Assembly: GCF_018977255.1 (NCBI RefSeq)
Contig: NW_024704742.1
Location: 75,270,001-75,334,000, forward strand
Direction: 5' to 3'
DNA from: Callorhinchus milii
Lineage: Eukaryota
DNA length: 64,000 bases
Shown: piece after piece, positions 12,446-25,725 of the stretch
Layout of the letters: each line of letters begins with the position of its first letter
How positions within the stretch are numbered: the first letter of the stretch is position 1
The notes under the pieces: model-generated
Database searches by the model: none
What the model saw: the letters and a program-made list of their open reading frames with translations, nothing else
Told to the model about the DNA's origin: nothing
Position numbers and translations under genes: made by a program

Positions 12446-13758
12446 TTGTATTTATTTAATTGATGATGAAATAATGCACACAATTTGGATGTTAAACAAT
12501 TGTTTCCTTTATTACAGTTCAACAGTCAAATAATTATAGAGAGAGCATTGAACCACTATCACTAGATACAATAATAGTACCAACCAGGTTTCAGATAATA
12601 AAGTATTGATCAGTTAGGTATCCGTGAGAGAGCAGCAGACAGCTGGGAGTCAGTCAGATCTGCATCTCCTCATTGAACTATCTATTTTTATACCTAATTT
12701 ATTACTGTGTAAACTCGAGACCAATAAAATAGGGCATATACACGTTATGTTTAAAGGGAGTTTGGAAGTGAATGCATGTGGATGAGGAAAGATGGTTACT
12801 TTCCAGACCAGGGGAGGCAGACTTTGGAGAGAGTGTGGGCGAAGGGCATTTTGGGAGAGGGTGGCTCGGGTCAGGGGTATCAGCCAAAATGCAGACGCCA
12901 AGATCGGAAGCAAAGGGACCAGCGGAGCATAGTCAGCCCTCAGGCATTGGAGAAGGGTAAAGGAGACAGCACAGAGGGGAGAGAGAGGTGATGGTGCTCA
13001 TAGCTTCATTAAATTAGACAAGAGCCCAATCTAATTACTAATTTAGAAAGGGTTAAAGAGAGAAACAGAAAGGAGAGAGGTGAGAGAATACTAGAAGGGA
13101 AACGAGGGAGATCATGGACAAAAGATAATGAAAACTATACTCAGCCTGGAGGTTTGAAAATTGTACCCGCGCATGTCAGATTGTACATCCATCTTTTCAA
13201 ATCAGTTTCCAGTCATTATGATTTTTCAAGGGCACATTTTAACAATACACATGCACCAATGGATGGATAAAATGACCAGCACTAATTCAAACTAATGTGC
13301 TGATGCTGAGGTAAGTGTTATTGCATGCTTATTACATTGTCATTTCGTGAATAAACACATTGAGAGAGTATGAATGTATGAGGTATATGCATTATATCTG
13401 TCTTCCATTCACGCACCTTCTTATGTTGCTAAGTTCTCAAAAGTCAGTTAATTGTTGCCTTGGGTACATGAAAGCTTTGAGCAGTAGCTTTTTTTAATAA
13501 AAAACCATGGTCCATTTCACATGGTAAATAGAGAACATAATTCTACTTCATGTGGTCCGTTTCATCAGTTGTTAAACATGATCTATCAATGTGTGAAAGG
13601 TAGTGCAAATTGTTTCATTTTAGAAGACAAGTCTGAAAAGCATTACCTCAGTTTCATTATGATGGTGTCAAACACGTGTGTTAACGTTTTTTTATAAAGA
13701 TAGTGCCTCCTTCGTCATAATGTGTAATTTTACTGCAGTATTTCCCTTTTTCCTGCAG

Positions 13759-13955
13759 GTTGTTAAAATGATGATTGTGGTTGTGCTGGCGTTCACCATT
13801 TGCTGGTTGCCCTACCACATCTACTTTTTTGTGGTTATCCGGTATCCAACCATCAACCGCTGGAAGCCCATTCAGCAGGTTTACTTAGCTGTGTTTTTAC
13901 TGGCAATGAGCTCTGCCATGCATAACCCCATTATATATTGCTGCCTGAACAGCCG
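13759..13955 (+). CDS. TACR3: TACR3-like coding exon 4 (TM6-TM7)
   Basis: ctgcag|GTT...AGCCG|gtaagt, 197 bp. Translates [23 protein letters not shown]...[29 protein letters not shown] (CWxP and NPxxY motifs). Phases join exons 3 and 5. Confidence 0.95.
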
Positions 13956-14036
13956 GTAAGTTCAGAATTTCCAAAATAATCTTTATTGCTTTCCGATTCA
14001 TTCCACAGATATTTTTTAAATCAGCTTGCCTCAGGT

Positions 14037-14069
<33 letters not shown>

Positions 14070-14072
14070 AGG

Positions 14073-14395
14073 CTGGGCCAATAGAAAAGTGCAGAAATAT
14101 TTGCCAAAATTGCAGGGAGATTGGCCAATTGCAGGGAAATTTTTGACAGATTTTGCAGAAAATTGCAGGGGGTTGATTGGTGCTACTGAGATACATTTTA
14201 CTGCCAACCTACATTTTTTCACTTCATTGATCAAAATAAACATGAGGAAATAACACATATTAGATTGTTGCAAAAAACATATTAATTGCTTCTTTAACAA
14301 AAATTGGGTGGCCGTTTTTTTTGGTGGAGCGGGAGCTCACCACTGAGGCTACAGGAGCTCACCACATCCTGCCTCCCAGGGCCTGGCACCGCACA
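14073..14395 (+). mobile_element. Left part of an unclassified TIR element (same family as 25726-26417)
   Basis: Starts CTGGGCCAATAGAAAAGTGC. Internal sequence (ttttgcagaaaattg...ggttgattgg) is shared with 25726-26050. Confidence 0.65.
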
Positions 14396-14800
14396 CAGAC
14401 CGAGACAGAGAGACGCACACACTCACAGACACAGGGAGACACACATTCTCAGAGAGAGACAGACACACACACTTAGAGACACAAAAAGACATACACACAC
14501 ACATAGAAGAGAGAGACACACACATATACATTCACGCAGGGACAACAACAACAACAACAAGATTCCATTTATAAAGCGCCTTTCACGTAAGGAGGACGTC
14601 CCAAGGCGCTGCACAGTTGGGTCATGACCCGAGCAGGACACTCATAAACACACAAACTTATAGAAGAGGCACTCACAAACACATACATACAGATGAGAGA
14701 GACATACTCACAAACACCTACAGAGGAGAGACACACTTACAAACACATACAGAAGAGAAAGACACACTCAGACAGATATTCACAAACACATAGAGAGAGA
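14395..14800. repeat. Degenerate (CA)n/(GA)n simple repeat with a ~95-bp L2 3'-tail insertion (~14543-14637, -)
   Basis: CA/GA dinucleotide mosaic. The embedded (CAA)n-gattccatttataaagcgcctttcacg...cccaaggcgc matches the L2 tail at 55000-55073. Confidence 0.85.
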
Positions 14801-17800
14801 TTTCCACCCTGACTTCCCTCAGAAACCTAGGATGCATCTCGTCCAGACCGGGTGACTTATCTACCTTGAGCACCGACAACCTTTTTAGTAGCTCTTCTCG
14901 GTTTATTCTTATCTTATCCAATTTCTCTACCCTCTCCTCCGATACTGTGGCATTGGCTGCATCCTCTTCTTTTGTGAAGACAGCTGCAAAGTACTCATTC
15001 AGTACATCAGCCATGCCCTCTGCCTCCACAAGAAGATTTCCTCTTTGGTCTTTAATTGGACCCACCATACCTTTTATTAACCTTTTATTCTTTATGTGCT
15101 TATAAAATACCTTAGGTTCCCTTTTATGTTGCCTGCTAATCTTTTCTCATACAATCTCTTTGCACCTCTTTTTTCCTTTTTCTGTTCTCCTCTGTAGTTT
15201 CTATATTCTATTTGATTATCTTCTGTATTTTGGACCTGACATTTATCATAAGCGTCCTTTTTCTGTTCTATTTTATTCCCAATTTCCTTCATCCAGGGAG
15301 GTTTGGATGTCTTACCTTTCCCCTTTGTGGGAATGTGTTTGTTCTGTTCCTGAACTATCTCCTCCTTGAAGGCTTCCCATTGCTCATTAGCAGTTTTACC
15401 CACCAATCTTTCTTTCCAGTCCACCTTGGCTACGTCCCTTTTTTAACTCACTGAAATTAGCCCTCTTCCAGCTGAGTATCTTCATCTTTGATTACTCATT
15501 GTCTCTTTCCATAAATATTCTAAACATAATGATATTGTGATCACTGTTGTCCAGATGCTCTCCTACTGAAACCTGCCCAACTTGCCCCACTTCATTCCCC
15601 AGAACTAGATCCAGCACTGCTTCCTTCCTCCTTGGGTTGGAAACATACTGATCCAGAAAGTTATCCTGAGTTAAGTTAAGGAAAGTTATCCCCCTCCTTG
15701 CCCTTTACACTGCTATTTTGCCAGTCTATTTTAGGATAATTGAAATCCCCCATTATCACTACTCTATTGGTTTTGCATCTTTCTGAAATCTGCTTGCAGA
15801 TTTGCTCGTCTATCTCCTTCCCACTATTTGGTGGTCTATAGTATACATCTAACAGAGTAACAGCTCCTTTTCTGCTACTTAACTCTAACCAAATAGATTC
15901 TGTTTTTGGACCCTCTAGCACATTGTCCCTTTCCAGGGCCGTAACCATGTCTTTAATCAATATTGCCAACACCCCTCCTTTTTTTCTTTACCTGTCCCTC
16001 CTGACTACATTGTAGCCAGGAATATTCAGCTCCCATTCCGCTCTTGTTTGAGCCAGGTCTCCGTTATTGCCACTACATCATAACCCCATGTGACAACTTG
16101 AGCCTGCAGCTCACCAATCTCATTTGTCACACTCCGTGCATTTACACACATGCACTCCAAGACCGACTCTGCATTTCTCTCCCATCTAATCCCTGCTTTT
16201 TGCTGGATTACTCCTGATTATATTGCTATTTGTCTGTCCCAGCCCTTTCTGTAACTTGTTTGTCCTCTGCAATGCTACATCCTGATTCCCTTCCCCCCTC
16301 AAAATTAGTTTAGACCCTTCTCCACATCACTAGTTAACCTCCCTGCAAGGACATTGGTCCCAGCCCTGTTCAGGTGAAACCCATCCAACCTGTACAGGTC
16401 CCAACTGCCCCAGAACTGGTCCCAGTGATACAGAAACCTGCAGCCCTCCTTTCTGCACTATTCTTTCACTTGTCATAATGGGTGAAGTGAAAGATTAATG
16501 CTACCAATGAGCCAATAGCATGTAAGTACATAGGCATTTTAAAATAAATAATCCTGCTATGTTTACATTAAATTCTAACAAAAAACATCTGTCACATTTT
16601 CTAACTTTACATTGTGTTGAGTGGGGGCAGATAGATTTGTGTATTTTGTGTCATAAAGTAGATAGAATCACATGTGCAGGAGAAAATGACCAGTGGATTA
16701 TTTCATTTCCTTAATGGAGTATGTCCCATGGCATCCTAAAACCATCATGTCAGGAATGCTGCTGGTGTCTGGGCTTCAACACACAGAAGGGAGTTTTTGG
16801 TACCTACCATCCACCTGGTGAAGACACAAACCCATGCCTGTCGGATGTCAACCGACCGACTAGTGACTATCTTCCTTGTGGTGGTGGGATTAGGGGAGGT
16901 GGAGGTAAGCAGGATCTCTTTGGAGCTGAACTGGCTCCAAGGTGACATGTCTGGCAATGGAATGTTGGAATCGAGCCAGTCCTCTGTGGTGGTCTTGGTA
17001 GTATGGTTCCTGAGCCAGGCTGTTCTACGGTATTCCAGGACACTGCTGATGACTTTGTGGAGTCCTGTCACTCAGTTGGTTAGAGCTCTCGCTTTGCAAG
17101 TGAGAGACCTGGGTTCGATTCCCAGCAGGGTGAAACCTTGGGCAAGTTTCCTTACTCCACACGCCTGATCATAATCCCTCAAATAAAACAATAATAAATT
17201 GGTCATTTCAATCCACGATTGAATCCATGGTTGTGGGACACTGCTGCGCGCAATTGGCTGCCACATTTCGCCCACAAACATACAGTCAATTCACTTTACA
17301 GTCTATTTTGTGAAGCGCTTTGAGACGTCTCGAAGACATGAAAAGTGCTATATCAAATGCAAGGATTATTATTGTTATTATTTCTTCAGCCATGTATTCA
17401 TGTGTTTGATCATGCTGTTTTGATAATCACTTGCATGAGGCACTGGGAGCAATCCAGAGACCACCTTTGAGGTCCCATTCTTTTTTTCCATAGCTTCTGA
17501 TACTCTCCCTGTAGGATCGCAGCCCTTTTTTTCCCTTCGTCATGAATCCCAACATGGACCATGACTTCTGGATGTTCCCTGTGATGTCTTCCACCCTGGC
17601 ACCAGGGAGGCAACATACCATGCAAGAGTCACGTCTGTCTACTCCTTTCACCATTGTGACCCCAATGACAATTGCATTAACACTCTTCCCTGTGCATCCA
17701 TTTGCTTTTGACTCTCCTCCCCAGACGTGTCATTACCCTGACTGGTATTCAATCCAGAGAACCGGTTTGTGAGTTCCACACTCTCAGGGGATTTCTGCAC

Positions 17801-18300
17801 TGTCCATCCTCTCTTCCTACCATGCCGGGTGGTCACTGAAACCTTCTGTGGCTGTGAGGTGACCACCTCAAAACATTCGATCCATTCAGCCTCCATATTC
17901 TGTGAAGCGCTTTGAGACATCTAGACGATGTGAAAAGCATTATATCAAATGCAAGGATTATTATTTTATTATTAGTGACACTAGCCTCTTCTCGAGCTCA
18001 GAAACTCTGAGTTCAAGCTTGAGCAGCCAGAGGCATTTCCTACACACGTGTCTGTCCAGGACACATAAAGCATCCGAAAGTTTCCACATGGCATACATTG
18101 TGCATGCAACCAGTCTCAGCTGCCTTGCTATATTTCCAGACATGTTTTATATTATTTAATATAACTATTATATATTTTATAATTCTGCACCTCTTTCCCC
18201 CTCTGCACCAAATTCCCACTCTCACCAAATTCCTTAACAGAATTCTCACTCTGCTCGACCTCACTCAGTTCTCTCCTCATGCTGCTGTTTTCTCTGCTCA
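14795..18300 (-). mobile_element. CR1-type LINE 5' half (5'UTR, ORF1 zinc finger/esterase, ORF2 endonuclease), interrupted by insertions
   Basis: ORF1 remnants ACTMYAMW...HVCRKC, VCCLPGARVEDI, VMVHVG and DGFHLNRAG. ORF2 endonuclease remnants YYRPPN...VVIMGDFNYP. Interrupted at ~16470-17385 and ~17895-17972. Confidence 0.85.
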
Positions 18301-18859
18301 AGCCTCTTACTGAAACGTGCTCCACTTGCTCCAATTCATTCCCCAGAACTAGATCCGGCACTGCTTCCTTCCTCATTGGGCTAGAAACATACTGATCCAT
18401 GGGGGAAAGGAAGGTGATCGAAAGCACAGTAGAAAAGGAGGCAAACGTGGCTGTGAAAGAGGCAGACTGTTATGTTATGATTGAGACACTACAGGGGCCG
18501 AGAACACCAAAAACAAGTACAGTGTTGGAGGCAAGATCCCTATATCAGTGGTAGCAAGGACATCCTCAGAATGGATGAAAGTATGAAAGACTTTGGTTCT
18601 GGCACTGAAGTGAATGACTAAGTCATTAGATTAGTCAAAAGTACTGTACTGTACCTGTCAGAGGCTTGTCGATTTGCTGAACTGTAATTAGAAATGCCAG
18701 GAGTTGCATTGATTTGTGCTTTATTTCTTGTGGTGTGTGAACTCTGGTTACTGACTCACTGCTCAGTGGATATATTTACCCTTTATTCTTGAAGACTTTT
18801 ATCAGATCACCCTTTATCTTCTCAACTCTATTGGAAAAAATCTTAAGTTAGGAAAAACA

Positions 18860-20500
18860 TAAGAATCGTTAGACGAAAAAAGACCAAGATCCATCCAGTT
18901 CGCCTTCTACCATCCTTGCAGTCATATGCACATGTCATGTCCCCAACTAAAAACTGTATCCCGACATATTATTTCTTAAAAGAATTCTATCTAATTTGCT
19001 TTTGAAAGAATCAACTCTTTCTGCTTAAACCATCTCCCTTGGGAGCCTGTTCCATACATTTACTACTCACTCACTGAAATAGTGTTTCCACAGATTTTTT
19101 TCAGTTTAACTCCCTTCAATCGCAGGCTATGTCCTTTGGTTTTACTGTTCAGTACAAGATAAAACAGCTTATCATTCTTTAGAATCTTAAAAAATACAAT
19201 CATATTGTCTCTCAGCCTTCTCTTCTTCAATGTGAACATGTCCAGTTTACCTAATCGCTCCTCATAGTCCAGTCCCTCCTTCCACTCAATCATTCTAGTT
19301 GCCCTTTCTGTATTCTCTCATTTGCTGCAATACCATTTTTGTACTACAGTGACCAGAACTGCACAAAGTATTCTAGGTGCAGTCACACCAGTGATTTATA
19401 AAGTAGCAGGATTACCTCACTATTTGGGCTCAATATTGCTCTTTTCATACGACCTAGCATCTGGCTTTCCTTACCCACTGCTACCGAGCACTGTTGGTCA
19501 ATTTATTATAAATCAGAATCAGTCAGACTTCCCAGTTCCTTTTCATTTTCTGTCCAGGTTATTTTCTTCCCATTTAAATAATAGTGTCTTCCTGGATTTT
19601 TTATCCCCATGTGAAGCACTTTGCATTTTCTTACATTCAACGTTATCTACCATTGGTCTGCCCAATTACCAAGTCCTCCTGTAACCTATCCTGTTTAGAT
19701 TTGCATTCTACCACCTTCATTTGTTTTGTATCATCTGCAAATTTAGCTACTGTGCTTGTGAATCCCAGCTCCAGATCATTTATGAAGATATTAAACAAAA
19801 GAGGTCCCCAAACAGACCCCTGTGGAACTCCACTTGTAACATTCTCCCAGCCTGATGACATTCCCTGTACCACTACCTTCTGGGTTCTAGCGGTCAGTAT
19901 CCATTGTAAGATACTTCCACTGATTCCCGCATTCTTTATTTATTCCCGATACAGTCCTAAACAGTTTATATCCTTCCAGATATGTATCCCATTGATTGGA
20001 ATCATCCCAACATTGTCTCTGTGATACAAATGATGTCCAATATTTTGCCGCATGCAAGCATAGCGTATTTGTCAGTCACAACTCCATTGTCTTTGGCATT
20101 TCCCATATACTTTATCAGCATTTTTAGTTTATTTATCTCCCACTATTGGAGTTAGACCTATTATACTTTTGGTTATGTTTTCACTGGTACAACTTAAAGT
20201 TTTCCCTAATTGTTTTAGGCCCTCTCCTACACTTACTGCAACCACCCAGATATCTAATTTTAATACTCGCTTACCATACTATCTATTCTGAATGTTTGGG
20301 TGGAACCCATCCAGTCTATGTTAGGTACCTCATATTCCAAAATATGTTTGAGGAACTGAAAGCCTTAGCCACGCGTTTGTCTGCTTAATTGCCCTCTTCT
20401 CTCCTCATTATCACGTGATACGGGTAGTATTTCAGGAAATACAACAATGAGGAATTTCCCTAAAGCTTTATTCCTAATGCCCTAAACTTAGCATGAAGGA
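18860..20500 (-). mobile_element. CR1-type LINE with internal deletion
   Basis: RT segment (GVPQGSVWGPLLFNIFINDL...FADDTK) very similar to the 6570-7585 copy but inverted. Endonuclease-start remnant DIICITET at ~20000. Confidence 0.85.
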
Positions 20501-21049
20501 CTCTGGTCTACTACTATCTTCAATAATAATAATAATAATAATAATCCTTGCATTTGATATAGTGCCTTATCTTGTCTTTGATAAATGTGCAATGCTGCTT
20601 CATTACTGTTACAGTGTAACTAAAATTGTACCAGACTTCTTTACAGTTCATATAATGAATATCATAATAATAATTGATGTATTTGATATAAGAATATATA
20701 ATATTAACATAGCACCTTATCACGTCTTGAGAGGTCTCAAAGCACTTTGTAGAATATACTGTAAAGTGAATTGACTGTATATTTTGTGGACGAAACGCAA
20801 CAGCCAATTGCACACAGCAGTGTCCCACAAACAGTCGTGAATTGAGTGACCAAATTATTTTTATTTATTTTGAAGGAATTGGAAAAGTGATCCGCCAATT
20901 GTCTAACAACTGGGTTCCTACTTAATGCTAGGTAAACAAAGGCATGTGGAGTAACAAAACTTGCTCAACGTTTGCCCTGTCAGGAAGCAAATCCAGGTCT
21001 TCTTACTTGTGAGGCGAGTACTCAAACCACTGAGCTATGGGACTCCATC

Positions 21050-23890
21050 AACAATAAATTACATTTGTATAGCACCTTTCACATTGGGATGACATCCCAA
21101 GGCACTGTATAGTCAGGGATTTGGACTTGAGCAGTGGTTGGGATCAGGAGGGATGGTGGAGAGAGGGTAAGGGTAGGAGGGTGGCCAAAGAGGAAAGTTG
21201 TGAGACATGCCTTGAAGGAGATAAGGGAAGGAGCAAGGCAAAGGGACCCTGGGATGGAGTTCCATGGGGTGGTGGCAAAAAGGCTGAAGGCTCAATCGGG
21301 CCAGAGCCTGTTGAGCAGAGGGACAGGTTGATATGGGGTTAGCAGGTTGCAGAGGTGGGAAGGAACAAGGCCTTGGAGGATTTTGAATTCTATCCTCTGG
21401 GGGATGGGGAGTCAGTGGAAACTGGTGGTGGGGAGCAGTGGGGGGATGTTAGGGTCATGGAGCCTGGTGCAGGAGAGGACATGTGCTGCAGAGTTCTGGA
21501 TGATCTGCAGCTAGCGGAGGGAAGAGTTGGGATGGCTGACAAAGCAGGAGAGTTGACACAGTCGAGCTGAGATGTAACAAGTGCGTGGATGATGGTTTCG
21601 GCAGCCTGAGGGGAGAGGCAATAGTGGAGATGGGCAATGTTGTGGAGGTGGGGGAAGGCAAAGCAGGTCGAGGCATTGATGTGGGGTATAAAGGATAGTT
21701 TAGGGTCAACAAGACTTCGTAGGGGTATAAAGGATGGTTGAAAGTCAAAAAAGGTTCTGGACTGGCTCAGTGAGGTGGAGTGTGCAACCATGGATGGTGA
21801 TGCTGTCAGCGCCTGAGGTGAGGAGGCTCTGACAGGGGCCAATCAGGAGAGCCTCGGTCTTGTTGACATTCAACTGAAGAAAGTTAGCTCTCATCCAGGA
21901 CTTGATGTCTGACAGATATTCTGTCAGGATAGCATTGGTCCTGGAGTTGAAGGTGGAGGAGGAAAGGTACAGTTGGGTGTTATTCGCATACATGTGGAAG
22001 TTGACCCCATGTCTGTGGATGATGTCACCAAGAGGGAGCATGTACGTGTTGAAGAAGAGAGGACCAAGGACAGAGCCCTGAGGAATGCCACATAAGATGG
22101 TGCAGGGGTTGGAGGAGAAGCTGTTTGTGGACACAAAAGTGGAGACAGTGTGAAAGGTAGGATCTGAAGCAGTCAAGACAGGGATCAGAGTGTGAGGGGG
22201 AGATGGGGAGGGGTTATCGGTTGGAAGGGCAGGGGCAGCCGAGCAGATCCCCTCTATTTTGGTCTCGAGGAGGACCAGTATCTCCTTGCAGTTGGAGATG
22301 GAGGAGAGGATGAGTGAGGAATGAGAGGTTTGGTGGAGGAGCCGGTTGGTGATGGAGAAGAGGAGCTTGGGTTGTCCTTGGCCTCCAAGATTGTCTTGGA
22401 GTAGAAGGATAATTTGGTGGAAGTGAGGGCGGAGCAGTAAGTTTTGATGTGGTCCAGCCAGTTCTGCTGACGGACCATTAGATTTGAGCCAGATGCATTC
22501 GGCGGCACGTACCTGTGCCTTGAGGGAGTGGTGGTGGCTGGTGTACCAGGGAGACTTACATGAGTAGGAGGCAGTTCGGGAGGTGAGGGGGCAAAGGCAT
22601 TGAGAGTGGTGGGGAGGGAGTTATGGAGGAAAGTGACTGAGGATGATAGGTCATTGTGGGAGGAAGCTCAGATAGGGAAGATTTCAGGTGACTCCAGGGC
22701 AGCAGAGAGGGAGGGGGTGTGCAGATTTTTTTCCAGGATGATAAGAGACAGAGGAGGGTTGGGTGGCAGGGGCAGTGATAGAGGAGTTAAGGGAGATTAA
22801 GTAATGGCCCAAGATGGCTTTGTCAGTAATAATGATTTCCAAGATGCTGAGGCCCTGGGTATCACCAAATCTTGCAGGTGACCATAGATGTGGGTAGCAG
22901 AGTGGATGTGGAGGGTGAGATTGTGAGAGGAAAGGAAGGAGAAGTCAGCAGAGATAGAGCAAGAGGGAGTGAAGTGCAGGTTGAAGTCGCCTAGGATGAA
23001 GAGGCGTTCAGAACAGAGGCAAAGGGAAGTTAGGGGTGGAGACGTCAGAGAAGAAGGTGAGGGAGGGTTTGGGAGAGTGATAAACAAGGAGGATTTTAAG
23101 GGAAAGATTGAAGGGATGGTAATAGAGGAGTTCCTTCATCTTCCTTCGGAACACCATAATCTTCCGAGATGGACTTAGTCAGGTCAGGTGCTCGATGGAG
23201 GGGAATGAACCTGAGGAGTAAGGGAATAGACCAAGTGAGGACTAGGCGATGAGGGCCACACCACGACATGGCAGATAGGTCATGGGGTATGGTGGAAGGT
23301 GTAGCCGGGTGGTGTGACCTTGATCAGGGGGAAGGTGTCACCTGGGGTGATCCAGGTTTCTGTGAGGGCCAGGATGTCGATGTTTCTATCAACAATGCGT
23401 TTATTGACGGCGAGGGCTTTTTTGGAGAGGGGGTGGACATTTTTGTATGGCATTACGGAGGTAACGGGTGGCAGAGAAATGTGTGAGATGGGAGGGGGAG
23501 GATTGACAGGGAGGGTGAGAATGTGGATGAGGGAGGAGAGGTTTTCCCCTGGGCTCTAGTGCCAGTGGGCCTTGTGGTGATAATGAGGGTTGGGGTGGTC
23601 AGTGTAGCTGCTGCCGGTCAGCCAACAGCGAGTGCCACAGTGAGCCTCATCTGGATGCCCAGGCTGGAGCTGAGGGAGGCTGCGGGACAGTCAAGTGGCG
23701 ATAGGAGGCAAGGAGGACAGAGGGAGAGAAGGACCAAGGGAAAGTGATGGGGGGTGGAGGACAGGGATGGGGGCATTTTGAGGGAAAGTAGTTTGGGTTG
23801 GGGCCGGCAGCCAAGACGTGCACACAGAGACTGGAGGCGGAGTGGGGCATAGTCAGCTGCAGGCATAGAAGACAACGGGGGCAATGATGG
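21050..23890 (-). mobile_element. L2 LINE, near full span with internal deletions
   Basis: Tail near 21050, RT remnant [10 protein letters not shown]...[10 protein letters not shown], endonuclease remnant LFILGDFNLH, and 5' region to ~23890. Confidence 0.85.
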
Positions 23891-24395
23891 GGACATGGGG
23901 GAGTTATTTATTAGTTTACGCTATTTTCTTTGTATTTTACAGTATCCAGAATATATCACATTGTTGAATTTAGTGTGAAGTTTGAAGCCAATTTTCTGCA
24001 GTTCTCAAAAGAACTTGAAAAAACTGACTTCCCAATGAATATCAATAATAATCCTTACATTTGGTATAGAGTCTTTTGTATCAGGAGGAGGTCCCAAAGT
24101 GCTTGTAAAATGGAGTGACTGTGTGTTTTTTGTTTGAATGCAGCAGCAAATTTGCATACAGCAATGTCCCACAAACAGCCATGAAGTGTATGATCTATTT
24201 TATTTGGTGAATTGTTGGCCAGTGGAACACTGGGAGAAACTCTCTTCACTTATAAATTAAAGTTGTTTTAAGAAATTCCAAAATTCTAGTCACTCTGAAA
24301 TGTTAAGACAATTAAGTAAATATAGACACAGGTGGAATTACTACCTCAAAGTTCTCAGATTGCTTCAACATTTCCTTGTTTTGAACTTTCTCCAG

Positions 24396-24711
24396 CTTTA
24401 GGGCAGGGTTTAAGCGAGCTTTCCAGTGGTGTCCCTTCATTGAAGTTTCCAACTATGATGAACTAGAATTGCGTTCAACTAACTTTCACCCCACTAGAGA
24501 AAACAGCACCTTCACCATCTCTCGGCTAGAGTCCAGCATGACAGTGGAGTTTGAGACAGCTGAAAACGACAGCCAGGAGGTCTGCAGGAAAAAGAGTTCA
24601 GCTTTGCAGGATATGATTTTCAACGGATACTCTCCGAGTAATTCTAAAAACATTTCAAGAACCTCGAGCTTGTTTACCACTATAAATACATCTGTAGATG
24701 AGTACTCCTAG
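24396..24711 (+). CDS. TACR3: TACR3-like terminal coding exon 5 (C-terminal tail)
   Basis: ctccag|C TTT AGG. Translates (R)FRAGFKRAFQWCPFIEVSNYDELEL...TSVDEYS*, with the C-terminal SVDEYS typical of NK3R. Stop TAG at 24709-24711. Confidence 0.93.
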
Positions 24712-25725
24712 GTTCCTAAACTCATTATCAGATGAGCATTCTCAAGTTCATCAGTGCAATCTGGAAATGGGGGGTGGTGGGGGGGGGGAGATATATGATG
24801 CGATAATTGTCTCGTTCCTCCCATAGCTGACTATCCAACGCCTTGGTACGTCCTCCTGACGTGAAAGGCACTATACAAATGTAATTATGTTGTTGTAATT
24901 CCTTTGTAGCAAGCAAGTATTGAGATTAGAAAACAGAGTACCATTTTGCACTGGAGCCACTTGGAAGTGCTTCTGGAAATGGGAAGTCCCTTCTCCATGA
25001 GCAAAGTTATTACTGCCAGTTATGTGAATATCGTTCTCTTTAACTAGAAAGCAAGTATTTACCATTTTTTGTTGATTTGTTGAATGTAAACAATTTACTG
25101 ACATTATATGTGATTATCGTGATGTTTGTACAAAAACACCCAATTGGTCTGTTTCAGCTAAATGTGTGATCCATTTGAATGTGGTCTGTGTATTATGTTT
25201 TACTCATTACCAAGTACAGTAGAACAATAATTGTGAGGATTAGTCGAATAGTGCCAGTTGCAAACCTTGTGTATTCTGAACTGCTGGTAACTGGGAGCTA
25301 CTTTATTATATGTTTTAATTATTACTAGATTAGATGAAGTACTGATGTGCCTGTAGAAACTTGCAGTGATCCATCAAGTTAAGAGAAAAGGTTTCAGCAG
25401 AGCAACTTGAAATGCTAAGATTATAAATGTTAAATATGAGCTTCTGTGTATTGCAATAATATTGCTGCTCTCCTTGCTCTGATTGCACTGTTTCCTGGTG
25501 TTTACCTGTGGGTGAGTGGTATTAACAAAATGATATTATAAGCATTTGTGACAGAAGCAAATTGAATAATATAAGAACGGTTACTTCCCCAATTCCCCCA
25601 TCAGCTCAAGCTCAAAGTCCTCACACTCGCCTTCAAATCCCTCCACAGTTCTCTGAAATCTCCTTCAATCACCTGCTTCATATTCTGCGTTCACTCCGCC
25701 CCTTCACTGGCAGGTGGATTTTCAC

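Noticed and set aside
16721..17060. Overlapping 74-123 aa ORFs
   Set aside because: No splice-supported exon; only faint resemblance to decayed LINE endonuclease motifs.
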